Shown: positions 13,248-25,488, counted from the whole stretch's first letter. The stretch is 63,921 nucleotides of DNA, filler included, from Octopus bimaculoides (GCF_001194135.2; 7 parts of 6 records of this genome joined end to end with filler, not necessarily neighbours in it); one strand, 5' to 3'. The notes: generated by a model not told the origin, from the letters alone. Program-made: numbers and translations.

Positions 13248-13728
13248 TATTGGGTCATCCCATAAATAATGCGGTTTTTTAATACTTTATTTTTCAAAAT
13301 TAAGATAAACGAAGTTCATTTTCAATCTAAAGCATACTCTTCTTCATTTTTTACATTGCTTTTCCATCTATCTGGTAGACTTGCAAGGCCCCTCTTCCAA
13401 AATTCACTCGTCCGTGACAAAAAATATTATTCCTATACTGTTCTGGACTCGTCTACAGAATTCATATACTTTCCGTCCAAATAATTTTGAAGATTGTAGA
13501 AAAAATGATAACCAGATGGGACAATGTCCAGCAAATATGATGGGTAGGGCAGCGTTTCCCATTCAAACTGCTCCAGCCTTTTGCATTAAGAATAAGTACA
13601 AGTTAAGATTAATACCTGCTTTTATAGTAAGTTGAGGCAGTATAGTAAGTTGAGGCAGTATAGTAAGTTGAGCCAACTTTTGGCTCATGCAATTGAAAAA
13701 AACACATTATTTTTGGGATAACCCAATA
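13248..13728 (-). mobile_element. Short non-autonomous mariner, same family as 4610-5503
   Basis: Both TIRs present (TATTGGGTCATCCCATAAATAATGCGG / CACATTATTTTTGGGATAACCCAATA) in TA context; transposase 3' end homologous to the first copy; 18-bp unit TATAGTAAGTTGAGGCAG x2.8 at 13623-13672. Confidence 0.85.
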
Positions 13729-13996
13729 TATACATATGTGTATATATGTATGCATATGTATGTGTGTACTGATCGAGAAAGAGGAAAGAGAAATAAGGGA
13801 GGAAAAGAGACAGCAAGTCGTTAAACTGAAAGATAAAATATCTGACAGTAATTGTTAGTTTTCTGCATTCAAATCTTGCAGAGTTCAACATTGCAGTTCA
13901 TTTTTCATTTTTCATCAGCGTCAAGTAGTATGAAACAGCCAATAGTTGACGCCAATTGTTCTTTCTTTTCTATCGTATCTTGTTCTTAATTCTCAG

Positions 13997-14074
13997 GATT
14001 CAATATTTTTGAACTGTTGGGATCGGGATTGAAGGAAGACTACGCAGTGTTTCAAAGCGAAGTCAAATATACAG
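13997..14074 (+). CDS. Candidate internal coding exon, product unknown (xFNIFELLGSGLKEDYAVFQSEVKYTx)
   Basis: Pyrimidine tract + TCAG acceptor, CAG|GTGGTA donor, 78 nt, open in phase 1-1. Confidence 0.3.
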
Positions 14075-14189
14075 GTGGTAACTAACGATATAGATAAAAT
14101 TTCCAGGATTAAAATTTCGTTTGTCTCACCCATACTCCACTGTTGGCGGTGCCTGTAACATACATACATACATACATACATACATACAT

Positions 14190-14425
14190 ACATACATACA
14201 TTTCTAACAGTTACTCTACCATGTTTACAAGTTCAGGTTTATATCTGTAATTATTGGAGCACAGGGATATGTAACACTGTGCACAAATACCAGTCCTGAG
14301 AAATTACGATTTTTAAAAACAGAAATCAGAAAGCTGTTTCGAGATCTACAGATCTAAGCTAACATTGGAATTGTAGAAATTTGTGAAACTTCCCATAAGT
14401 TTATCATTCAAGTATATATGAGCAT
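14190..14425 (+). mobile_element. 3' fragment of restriction-like-endonuclease LINE (R4/NeSL-like)
   Basis: YKFRFISVIIGAQGYVT...EKLRFLKTEIRKLFRDLQI resembles the PIIIGALG RLE tail. Confidence 0.55.
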
Positions 14426-14714
14426 ATCTAGGCATGCAACTGTATGCATGGTAATACGTACATAAAACAAAACATACAAATCTGCGCATGTACTAACTCA
14501 AAATACTGCACACATACATATTTACATGCACAAATATCTTGCTGAGATGCAAATATGTTGAGATGCCATTCAAGGAACCTTGATTCTAAGATAGAAATCG
14601 GCTCTTTCTCTATTGGTAAGAAGTCTTGAAAAAAAACAAAACAAAACGCAAAAAACTGAATAATGATATACATTCATACACGCACTCACACATTCATACA
14701 TATGTATATATATA

Positions 14715-14814
14715 NNNNNNNNNNNNNNNNNNNNNNNNNNNNNNNNNNNNNNNNNNNNTTAATTAATTAANNNNNNNNNNNNNNNNNNNNNNNNNNNNNN
14801 NNNNNNNNNNNNNN
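14715..14814. other. 100-bp assembly spacer N44-TTAATTAATTAA-N44 (linkers also at 33799, 36023, 46623, 56779, 62741)
   Basis: The same 12-mer, giving stops in all six frames, sits centred in N runs six times. Confidence 0.9.
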
Positions 14815-17365
14815 TTATCCTTGGCTGTCTCCTGCGAACACACTTCTAAGGGCCTAATGCCATCCCCACCCCAACCCAGAGTTTATCAATCATATAGTGC
14901 ATAAAAATGGTGTAGTGTATGCAGGTTGTAGGCTACTGTTTCTTTATGAATTCTGCCAAATGCAAGGTTTCTTTTCAGGTACATGACACTGCTGTTCCTC
15001 ATCCCAGGGTCTCACAGGCCCACACCTGACGTTGGCACACTGAAAGGTAGGTCTGGTGAGATTGTTGAGATGCTTGAACGGAGACATGTAGATTTGTGCT
15101 GCATCCAAGAAGTAAGGTGGAGAGAAGGTTCCGCTAGGTTCCTCATAGGCAAAGAACACAGGTACAAGATTTTTAGAGCTGGGAAACATCAAGGGGTCAG
15201 GGGCGTGGGTATACTTCTTGCGGAGAAATGGGTTGATAAGGTAATCGAGGTAGACAGAGTACTTAAGATTAGATTAGTGCTTCACCACAGGTTAGCTACC
15301 GTCATCTTGGCCTATGCCCCTCAACCAGGAACCAGATAGGCAGAAAGACCAATTTTATGACACCCTATTGCAAACTACCTTGTTGACGAATGACAGGGAC
15401 CTCCTCTTTGTGGCTGGTGAATTCAATGGACATGTTGGACAACATGTAGAGGGCTTCCATGGCGTACATGGAGGCTATGACTTTGTTTCCCGCAATGCTG
15501 GAGTTCTGTGATGCAAATGATATTATGGTTTTCAATACCAACTTCAATAAACCTGCATGTCACCTAATCACCTACCGTTCCGGCAGACATACTAGCCAAA
15601 TTGACTACATCCTCGCCAGAAAAAGGGAATGATGGCTGCTTATAAATGCCAAAACCTTCCCAGGTGAAGAATGTACCCCTCAACACAGATTATTAGTTAG
15701 CAAATTCGGGATCAGGGTTAAATGGATGCCCAGAAGTAGACCAGCTTGGAGGAGAAGGGTCTGGAAGCTTAAAGATCCTGCAATTGGACAGAGATTTAGA
15801 GACATGTTACTCGAAGCTTTCGATGAAATAGAAGGGGATATAGCATCACATAATGTGGGAAACAACTGGAGGTTTCTACGGGACAACCTGCTGAGAGCCA
15901 CTGACCAGATCTATGGATGGTGCAAAGTCCCCTCATGACCCAAAGTAACGTGGTGGTGGAACAATGTGGTTGACAGATCTATTAGACAAAAGAAACAGGC
16001 TTGGAAGGACTGGAAGAATGGGGATAGCAGGGAATGGTATCAGACTGCTAGAAGGAAAGCTAGGAGACAGGTTTATCTAGCCAGAGGGGAAGCAGATAAG
16101 AAAAAATTTGCCAATGTTCTGCGCTGTGAGGACCAAAGACTTGAAGTATTTTGTGTTGCAAGACAGTGTGTGAGAGAAAATCGTGATGTCGTAGGAGAGA
16201 AATGTGTCCACATGGATGATGGCTCACTTGCACTAAATAAAACTGCAAAGAGAGAGGTTTGAAGACACCACTGTGAAAGGTTGCTTAATAAAGAGAATGA
16301 ATGGGAGAAAGAGAGTCTGCCGAACGTCAACCCAACAGAGGGACCAGCTATCCAAATTGACAGTTCCTTGGTAGATAAAGCAATTAAGAGTGTGAAGACA
16401 GGGGAAATCCCCGGGCCATCAGGAATCACTGCAGAGATGCTCAAAATATCTGGCAGTTTCGGCTATAGCCTAGTCACCCGTATAGTTCACCAGGTGATAC
16501 ACGAAGGAGTCATAACCAATGACTGGTGTAGCAGCACCATAGTCAACTGCTACAATGGTAAAGGTGACGCTTTACACACAAACAATTACAGAGGTATCAA
16601 GTTGTTGGACCAGGTAATGAAGGTCACGGAGAGGGTCATAGCCCAACTAATTAGGGAGAGAGTCAGCTTAGATGAGATGCAGTTTGGGTTCGTGCCACGG
16701 AAAAGCATCACTGATGCTATATTTCTGGTAAGACAGCTGCAGGAGAAATATCTAGCCAAAGATAAACCTTATGCTGACATGGAGACAGCCTTTGACAGGG
16801 TTCCCCATTCCCTCATCTGGTGGTCAATGAGGAAATTAGGGATAGATGAATGGTTAGTGAGAGTTGTGCGAGCCATGTACAGGGATGCTGTCACTAAGGT
16901 GAGGGTTGGCAATAAGTACAGTGAAGAATTCTGGGTAGAGGTAGGGGTCCACCAAGGTTCATTCCTCAGCCCCCTCCTATTTATCATAGTCCTCCAGGCA
17001 ATAACACAGGAATTCAAGACAGGATGCCCCTGGTAGCTCCTCTATGCTGATGACCTTGCTCTAATTGCTGAGTCACTATGAGAACTAGAGGAGAAGTTTC
17101 AGGTGTGGAAGTTTACAGGGATGCTGTCAGTAAGGTGAAGGTTAGCAACGAGTATAGCAAGGAATTCAGGGTACAAGTAGGGGTTCACCAAGGATCAGTC
17201 CTCAGCCCCCTCTTGTTCATCATAGTCCTCCAGGCAATAACAGAGGAATATGCTGATGACCTTATTCTTATAGCTGAAACACTAGCAGAATTAGAGAAGA
17301 AATTTCAGCCTTGGAAGCAAGGTCTAGAATCAAAGGGCCTTAGAGTTAATGTAGTCTTGCTTGTT
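14815..17365 (+). mobile_element. Near full-length decayed RTE-clade LINE (APE + RT)
   Basis: VGTLKGRS..CCIQEVRW, AYAPQ, AGEFNGHVG, NYRGIKLL, QFGFVP, AFDRVP, GVHQGS.LSPLLF, LYADDL; multiple stops and frameshifts. Confidence 0.95.
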
Positions 17366-17462
17366 CACTAGTATGCGGCAGTGTAGCACAGTGGGGATGA
17401 CTCCCTCAGAGTGTTGAGTGTTAAAACACCCAAAAGACACAGACAGGCGAGACAACTCACCC

Positions 17463-17529
17463 CTAATCCCATTCAGGGGTGATGGATACTGATATTTTGC
17501 CATTTTTGTGACTTGTCAGCATCATATAC
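17463..17529 (-). CDS. Candidate terminal coding exon (xYMMLTSHKNGKISVSITPEWD*)
   Basis: TTCAG acceptor; phase-compatible with 17679-17738; non-repetitive island between RTE pieces. Confidence 0.3.
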
Positions 17530-17678
17530 CTGAACTGAACAGGGGACAAACTGAATTGCCAATATGACTATATACAAAAAACGTAAAAAACCAGCAAAAC
17601 ACATACATTAAGTATGTGCAGTCAATAATATTTAGAACACTAATGCTACTTCTAATTCATATTTGAATTTATTCTTAC

Positions 17679-17738
17679 AAATGCTTTATTGGGGCATATC
17701 CAAAAATAGTTTTTACTCTATTTGTATACAGTGATAGA
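17679..17738 (-). CDS. Candidate coding exon (xLSLYTNRVKTIFGYAPIKHx)
   Basis: GTAAGA donor; 60 nt, phase 2-2; acceptor uncertain because it lies inside a palindrome. Confidence 0.25.
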
Positions 17739-17782
17739 CTAGTGATTCAGTTCGCTGGGGACAAACTGAATCACTAGTCTAT

Positions 17783-18010
17783 AGAGAGGAAACTACAATG
17801 GTTTGGACATGTGATGCATATGAATGAAAATAGTGGTATAAAGAAATGAGGTCACTGAAAGTGGATGGTACCTGTGGAAGAGGAAAGACCCAGGAAGACA
17901 TGGGAAGAAGTGGTGAGGACCAATTTCAGTATGTTGGGGCTCATGGAGAAAATGACAATGGACTGAGACATCTGGCAAAATGAAGTTCTAGAGAAGACTC
18001 ACCCACATTA
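17783..18010 (+). mobile_element. RTE LINE 3' coding end
   Basis: RKLQWFGHVMHMNE.. and GRPRKTWEEVVR-like motifs. Confidence 0.8.
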
Positions 18011-18399
18011 GTGGAACTGAATTCCTAGAAGTTTTGCATCCTAGAAATTTTCACACCCTCTACCCTAACAGACCAAACTTCATCTCTTCTCCTTAACTCC
18101 ATCTCTTCTCCTCTTCACATTTCTTCTTCATACACTGTAATTATCTTTCATTCTCGAATTTTGTCCTCACTACTCTGCTCACTGCATTGTTGCTTCCCCA
18201 CCCCCTCTATATATCCAAGTTCTCACCAGTCATAGCATTCTCCACCCCCACTCCCTACTCACACCTATTTGGCAATACCCTGTCATGTATATTATGATCT
18301 CCATACCTTGGGGGTATGCCCTGTCACTTGTCACCATTTATCTCTCTCTTCTTTACTCTACCATTTCATCTATGCTCTGATCCCCATTCATTGTGAGTA

Positions 18400-19135
18400 T
18401 ACCCTGGCACTTTTCCACCATCTCTCTCCTGCTCTCTCTTGCTGTCTCCCACTCTCACTCTCTCACTTTCCCGTGTCCTTCCTTCTGACTGGGTAACCAT
18501 GTATCTTCTCTACAGCAGCACATCTGTTTCAGCCCTCATTCTTAATCACTCTCCCTTTGTAACCATGTATCTCCTTTATAACCTGTTTCTGTCCTCTTTC
18601 TTGTTAACTCTCTCTCCCTCACTCTGAATAACTATGTATCTCATCTATAGCATCACACTTGTTTCTGCCCTCAGTTTTGATCACTCTCTCTCTCTCTCTC
18701 CAGCACAGACTCCTCTCTTGAACACTGCATATAATTCCTCTGATGCCCAACTTCTCTCCCAATACACCAGTGCTCTGTCACACATGCATGCTGACACTGT
18801 ACATCCAGCAGAGCATACCAGCTTAATTCCTCTCCAGCCTTCACAACCTCCACATTCAAGGCCCACATCTCACTACCTTGCAGAGAGAGACATTTGGCTG
18901 CCAACAGAAGTAAAAGCTCTCTGAACTTTCTATCCTATTCTTACTAAAGCAATTACACTAATTAGCTCACCTAGGTAATAAAAATTACTGCTAATTACCT
19001 AGGTAACAAAATGTATCTACAACTTCCAGAGATCTACTTGGACATTTGGGGAAATCAGTTTCATGTGTATCTGTGGTCTTTATTGCTCCTGTACATCTTC
19101 CACATACAAACACTTTCTCTGTTAGCCTTCCTATA
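18400..19135 (-). mobile_element. Decayed RTE LINE RT/C-terminal fragment
   Basis: Minus strand FVCGRCTG..SLEVVDTFCYLG and GSEMWALNVE motifs. Confidence 0.7.
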
Positions 19136-19137
19136 TC

Positions 19138-19440
19138 ATCATCATCATTTAACATCTGTTTTCCATGCTAGCATCATTGAACAGTTTGCCCAGAGCTGGT
19201 AAGGTCAGGGGCCATACCAAGCTCCTTGTCTGTTCTAGCATGGTTTCTCTGGCTGGATGGCCTTCCTAACACCAACCACTCCGCTGAGTGTACTGAATGT
19301 TTTTTTGTGAATCAGCAGCACCAGTGCTTTTTATGCAGCACCAGTATCAATTCTGCTGTGTAGACAGGTCTTCTTGAGTACAGCAATGCACCAGATATCT
19401 TAGTCTTTAGTCATCTCATTTGTAAGGCTCAGTGTCTTGA
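19138..19440 (-). mobile_element. RTE-type 3' end with (GAT)n tail
   Basis: CATCATCATCATTTAACATCTGTTTTCCATGC..GGCTGGATGGCCTTCCTAACACCAACC, which I recognise as an RTE-type 3' end in reverse. Confidence 0.6.
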
Positions 19441-19518
19441 GATGGCATGATAAACACAAAGTCATATTATTTGTTCTGACTATATATAGTATACTATATA
19501 TTACTACATATTTCTTAC

Positions 19519-19592
19519 CATATATACTATATATTTCACCATTGTTGTTGTTTAGAAATCTGCGTTGGATTATTTCAAGTGCAAATGAATAC
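19519..19592 (-). CDS. Candidate coding exon (xYSFALEIIQRRFLNNNNGEIYSIYx)
   Basis: TTAG acceptor with upstream CTAAC, strong ATG|GTAAGA donor, open frame, phase-compatible with 20423-20512. Confidence 0.5.
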
Positions 19593-20422
19593 CTAACCAC
19601 AATGGATCATCAAGGAATGCTTTATTGCATTGTTAGAGAGAAATAATGTCATTAATAAAAAAATCTGTTATATGCAACAAAGCAGTATTAGATTAAAATA
19701 TCCATGAGTGTACCTTACTTAATGAAAGTATATCACAAGATAAAAATGCAAATTAACTGCAGTATTTGTCCAGAGTTAATATTCTTCATGGAGGTATTTA
19801 AAAACAAAAATGTATCAGTGTCAGATGAAAATCATCCAGGAGTGGCTGTGAGAATACTAAATGCACATTACTGCTTCATTGCCATGTCTGCTAGTGATGC
19901 CTCCACCATGAATTTTTAACTTCCTATCTCCCTTTCACTTTTATCTTTACCATTTACACCCAACACCCATCATCTGTGCAGGTCTTGCCAACTTTCTATT
20001 CCTTCTACCATCACCCTCCTCACTCGATCATCCAGCTCATCTTGAAGCCTATGTAGAGGACACATTGGATCAATTGGACCATTCTGCCTTCCTGTTCCAC
20101 CTGTCATCACTTCAACTTGCTCTTCCTACCCTCATATTCTTGATCCTTTCTCCCACACACTCTGTGTCTCTATCATTATTCTGTCTCCTGGATCATATTA
20201 CTTTCTATCACCAGAAAAGTGGTTGCAAAAACACCAAAGATGACAATAATGATGATGATGACATAAGATACATGATATTACAATAGTTAATGCAAACCTA
20301 AGAAAATGTACAGCTCAGCTTTGATCAAGCAGCCCCACAACCAAAGGTTTTCTAGTCATGGCTGTCCCATTTTTTTTTCAGACATTGTGTCTCCAATAAT
20401 ACATTACATAATACTACATTAC

Positions 20423-20512
20423 ATTTCATTCTCTTTTTTAAAATAGTAGGGGGTAATTTGAGGGAGATTTGGAGTGTAATCTGCATGTCCAACACAAATA
20501 CCAGTTTGGTAT
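20423..20512 (-). CDS. Candidate coding exon (xYQTGICVGHADYTPNLPQITPYYFKKENEx)
   Basis: CCAG acceptor after a long AG-free T-rich tract, GTAATG donor, 90 nt phase 2-2. Confidence 0.45.
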
Positions 20513-20679
20513 CTGGTGTAAATAAGATCACCAAAGCATGGAAAGGGTACAAAAGGAATAACAACACCATATTGACCAACAAACAGGTTAACAAAGAATG
20601 TATTTGGAATTAGAGGGGTTTATTTGCAAAAAGGACTACAATTTCCACTCAATGCTGGTACAACCAGCAATAAGCCTGC

Positions 20680-21900
20680 AACCTATTCTGGAAGGTGTGG
20701 GGTGGGAGCACAAAGGATGCATGTCCTGGGACCACAAAGTAGGTCCAAGAGTGAATAAACATTACTAATTGTAATTGAGAATTGGAATGAACCTTTATAG
20801 GTAAAGAGCAGGAATGAGTGGAGGTCGCCAAATGCTACAGACTAGATAAAGTTGGTGTCTCCTCTACAAGGTTGTGACTTGGATGTGATAGATTTGGCTG
20901 GAAGGTGGAAACTCCACTATTCAGGAGTAGTGCCAACTACTGGGGATGCTCACAAGCTCCTGGCGGTCAGATTGTGTTATAGACTAGATCCCACTAAACT
21001 GGAGGGATTGCCTCCTGAAATTTAGGCTAAAAGAAGACCCACTCTGGCAGTTGGAAATATATGCATCAAACAGTGAGGCTAAATACAAATTCTTCCTGAA
21101 TGAGGTTACTGCAGCTTTAGATCTAGTTAAGACCAAGTCATTTGACTTACAAGAAAAATTGTATGTACATGTTGGTCTGACCATCGGATATAGAAAGGAG
21201 TGATTGAGAGGATTGGCGGTCTTGGACCTTTAATTTTGTACTGAACATTCAAGCAAAGAGAGGGCTAAACTATAGATGGATAGGCACCTAGTCATTTGCA
21301 ACCAGAACCCATCAATAGCAGGGAGAACTCACAAAACTGCGAAGTCCAGTGCAACTTACAGGATAAAGTGGGAAGCTAGGCAGAAACAAATATGCAGACT
21401 CTATTGAAATGGAATGGAGGTTGCTTTGTTCATCAGTTTCATCTTTATGCAATGCTGTGGATGAAAGTGGCTTGGTGTGGTGCCAGGTTGCTGAACTGGA
21501 GGCTAGAATTGCAGGTGCTGGCACAGTAAAGCATAAGATTTGATCCTGAGAAGTGGAGAGGTTGATAAAAAATCCAAACTTGCTATCTTCAGTTCAGTTT
21601 CCATGCCTATCTTTATCTATGGCTATGAATGTTGGGTAATGATCAAAAGAGTATGGTTGCAAATACGAGTGGCTGAAATGGGATTCCTTGAAAGGATCTC
21701 TGGAATAATGTTACTCAACAGGGTATGTAGGTTGGAGATTAGGGAGTCTCTCCAAGTTGAGCAGCTACTTCTCCACATTGGGAGGTCACAGTTCCAATAT
21801 TACAGATGTGATTAGAATGTTGCAGGAAAGAATTGCAAGATAGATTCCTCGAGTAGAGCCAATCAGTAGGAGGACTAGAAGTAGACCAAGAATGAGATAG
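20680..21900 (+). mobile_element. Heavily deleted RTE LINE of Expander/Rex3-like type
   Basis: APE remnant GKEQE*VEVAKCYRLDKVGVSST; C-terminus SKLAIFSSVSMPIFIYGYECWVM..VAEMGFLERISG..EIRESLQVEQLLLHI. Confidence 0.75.
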
Positions 21901-22532
21901 TTTGCTATTATCCATAGTCTCAGTTTGGCACACTGAGAATCCAGCTGTAAAGTGTAACAACCATTCTTTTTCTAACAGAACACTATGGAGAAAGTACCTA
22001 TCCCTTACAACCCTCCCAAGAAGATGGATGGATGCATTTGGGGTCTATTTCTACCAGGTCAAGCAACTACATAAAAGCTCTCCCTGTTTTATGTTTGTTT
22101 TGCTCATATCTGGCTATGATCAAGCTCCTCAGCAACTCCTCCGTTTGGCTCAAGTTGCTCTTACATTAGTTCGTGTCTCAGTAGACATGTTGTAGAGCTT
22201 ATTTGAGTTTAGTATCCTTCATTTTTGAGTCAGTGATTATGTCCTGCGACACTAAGTAGATGAAAACCTCTGCCTCCTGGATAGGATAACATCTTAGTGC
22301 AGGTATTTGTATTATCACCACCCTATCCCAGAAAATCTAGTATTTATGAGAGCTGTGGATGGTCAAGTCAAAATGGAAGTGGGTGATGACTATTTGAGAG
22401 ATTTCCTGTTTACATGTTGTCATTAGGGTTGTGCTATCTGAAATGGCCCAGTCTATTTAGATGTAGAGATACCACAATGGGATATTGAGCGTTCACTGGT
22501 GTTAACAGTGACAGTAATGCAATATTCAATTC

Positions 22533-22655
22533 GGTAAATTTTCAGATTAACACCCGCACGATTTTCACTAGGGTGTTAGGGTTACGGTTAGGGTTTTAGG
22601 TTACGGTTACGGTTAGGGTTTGAAAATCGTGCGGGTGTTAATCTAAAAATTTACC
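22533..22655. mobile_element. 123-bp MITE with 35-bp TIRs, 8-bp TSD and telomere-like core (Merlin-like)
   Basis: TIR GGTAAATTTTCAGATTAACACCCGCACGATTTTCA (34/35 match); TSD TTCAATTC at 22525-22532 and 22656-22663; TTAGGG/TTACGG core. Confidence 0.85.
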
Positions 22656-25333
22656 TTCAATTCTTTCTATTGGCACGCGAGAACGATCAACAGACTAAAC
22701 GGTTTAACTGGTATTTATTTCATCAATATCAGTGGGATGAACATCAAGGCTGGTTTTTCGTTTGTTTTAGGAGCGTTTCACTGACATAGTGTTAAGTCCA
22801 ACTTGCGCGAGACTGACATCCCATGTAAGAATACAGAACAATGTTGTCTCATGTTGTTATTGCTATAGAAACAACGAATACCCTCTACATTAGGCAGGTG
22901 TTCATTGTTTTTATATACCTGAATATATACTTTAATTAATACCCTAATATACCGTCTAATATAGAAAAAAATAACTAAACATCTGTCTGCTGCCTAAGAG
23001 TACTCACATGAAGAGACTTGACAGTGCCCTATAGTGAAATGATTTTAGTTAAGACTACGCAATGTGTGTTTTATAAGCAAAAGACAGGAAATTAACAGTT
23101 GTCTTACTGATAACACAAAGTCCCAGTTTTCAACAATGCGACCGTTCTAATAACAATAATTCAGCCCCATGAGCGAGTAGTATGATAACTCCTGACCAGT
23201 TCATCTCTTGTTGATTTAGTATAGCTAAAGATCAGTTAATGTTAGTACGATAAAAACGATCAACTAAGTCTTAAGTTAATTAAGTGTTCCCAGTGATGCT
23301 TTGAAACGTACACATTGTCCTATAATCCTTACGCTTCACTTGCAACAATCAATGATACACCAAGATATTTTAACTGAATCACTGAGAATGTGTATTGCGT
23401 AACCAAATTAAAGACCGCAAGATAACTCCGAAATTTTGCCCACTAAAACATTAAAAAATGACATTTTGCATATCTGAAAAATTAGTGATGTGTGTTTGCG
23501 TTTGGCTGTTACTTTCTGTTTTGATTCTTTTTCTTTTTCTTAATTTTGTGTCATCTATAATAATTTTATTCATATTTTGGTTGCTTAACGAGGAATACTA
23601 AATCGAACCAGTACTTCACTGGTACTTAATTTTTATCAACCGACATTAAAAAAAAAAAAAGGCTTATTCGAAATATTTAAATTTCACTCCCCATCAACAA
23701 TACTCTGAGCTAATGAAGCTACATTCGGTAGTTTCGATGATAGTAAAGTTGTGAGTGGAGCGCCAACAAGAAGTAGTGAACGTAGTTGTCGTTGTTATGC
23801 AATGGTTGTAGTAATAGAGATGAGGTCTGACAACCAGCCAGGAATAATTATTATGCAAAACTGACTACAATACATCGTTGTTGTTGAATAATTAACATAG
23901 TAGACTGTAATTATTATAACCTGATAACAAGTTATATAATGAATCAAAGTTTAATAATAAACACAGCAGACATAAACGAGACGATCTGGTTATTACTATA
24001 ACAATAATATAGAAAGCAGTGGTGTTCATTCTTTTCTAGGGACATTATTATACCAATAGTAATATTGAATGGCAAACATATGACGATCACATATGGGAAG
24101 TTTAGGCATTCATTATACCCCAGGAGCATTAAACAGACTATAGCTAGTCTCATTGTTGTATGATTAAACATTGTCGTAATAAAAAGTGGTTACATTGAGA
24201 AAGCGGCCAATCTAAATACTAGACCGTGCCTAAACTTTAATTAGAGGGCGGAATTAGACTTAAATCAGGGGAATTTTATAAGTGTGTCCCACTGAGCATA
24301 TATGACAAGTTTGAAATGAGAAATGTTTTTGGTGTTTATATATAGATTGGCAAGACAAGGTTTAATAAAGAGTAGTTAAGACAGAAAAGTAAATACCGAA
24401 AATTCGATCAATCAATCAATAGATAAATATTGATCATTAATAGTGAGATGCTTCCTCTTAATATTTTAATAGGATCCCTCATGTTATTTTCATTTCTTAT
24501 ATGGTCTTAGCCAGCTTTAAAATGTGAAATTTTGTGATGGTTGTGTCAGCTATATATTATGCCTTTTCCAAGGGCTGTTAGTTTTGAAAAGTTAAGCCAA
24601 GTGGTTTCAATCAAAAACCAAAATTCCGTTCACCCTTATTGCTCTTAAAAATATTTGTCCCCTCGTTATAATAGGGACTTGGCACAAGTTTTGAGGAAGA
24701 GTATAGATGATTAGATTAACTATAATTCTTCAATAGTATTTATTTTCTCAGCCCTCGACGAGATTTGAACTCAAAACGAATAGCGATATAACTAAATACT
24801 ACAAGCAGTATTTAGTTATACCCCTGTTTGATCACTTCTATCGTCCACTATTAGCGATGCACAGACACAGACCCAACAACGACGGACCTCTACGAAGTCG
24901 CTAGGACTTAGAAATAACAATCAGATCTCCCTCATCTCCCACCGTCGCTGTCTTTTCTAAAAAAAAAAAAAAAAGGGAGGGGTGTAGAATATTGGCAGTC
25001 ATCATTACACCATGTCTGAAATAAGTCGAGATGGTCATGGCTGGAACGTGTTTTACTTTTTACATCGCAGATCAACTCGATCAAGACTCACTTGGCTAAA
25101 CATCAACACAGTTAATAAGAAACTGTCGAAGATCTGGTGGATGACCTGTTCAAAATCAGTGTCAAAACAAAACGATGTATTTTTTTCACCATCAACAGTT
25201 TATGTTAAGAAAACAGTTGAACCATATACATACATACATACATATATATATATATAAATGCAGGCACAGCATCTATGTGTGCATGAAGATGTTTGTATGT
25301 GTTTATATTATACATGTTTCAGTATGAATGTTC

Positions 25334-25374
<41 letters not shown>

Positions 25375-25439
25375 TGTGTATATGTATATGTGTGTGAGTA
25401 TATAATATAGAAAAATAATAATTAGATAAATAGACCTAC

Positions 25440-25488
25440 CCGGAATGTACTCGGCTGCACCTCCTATCATATCGTATCCATCTGCCAT
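25440..25488 (-). CDS. Candidate first coding exon (MADGYDMIGGAAEYIPx)
   Basis: ACTATGG start (A at -3, G at +4), CCGG|GTAGGT donor, CAACAG acceptor just upstream (exon from 25491); CpG-rich unique sequence. Confidence 0.45.

Noticed and set aside
14759-14770. TTAATTAATTAA palindrome repeated six times
   Set aside because: Always centred in 100-bp N spacers; an artificial six-frame-stop linker
19556-19588. Plus-strand terminal exon KSALDYFKCK*
   Set aside because: Antisense to a better-supported minus-strand exon; no upstream partner found
20352-20594. 80-aa hydrophobic ORF from the track
   Set aside because: Non-ATG start, and its frame hits a stop on splicing to 19592; another frame of the same region fits better
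22568-22620. True telomere or chromosome fusion site
   Set aside because: Only 53 bp, degenerate, single orientation, and enclosed by TIRs and a TSD
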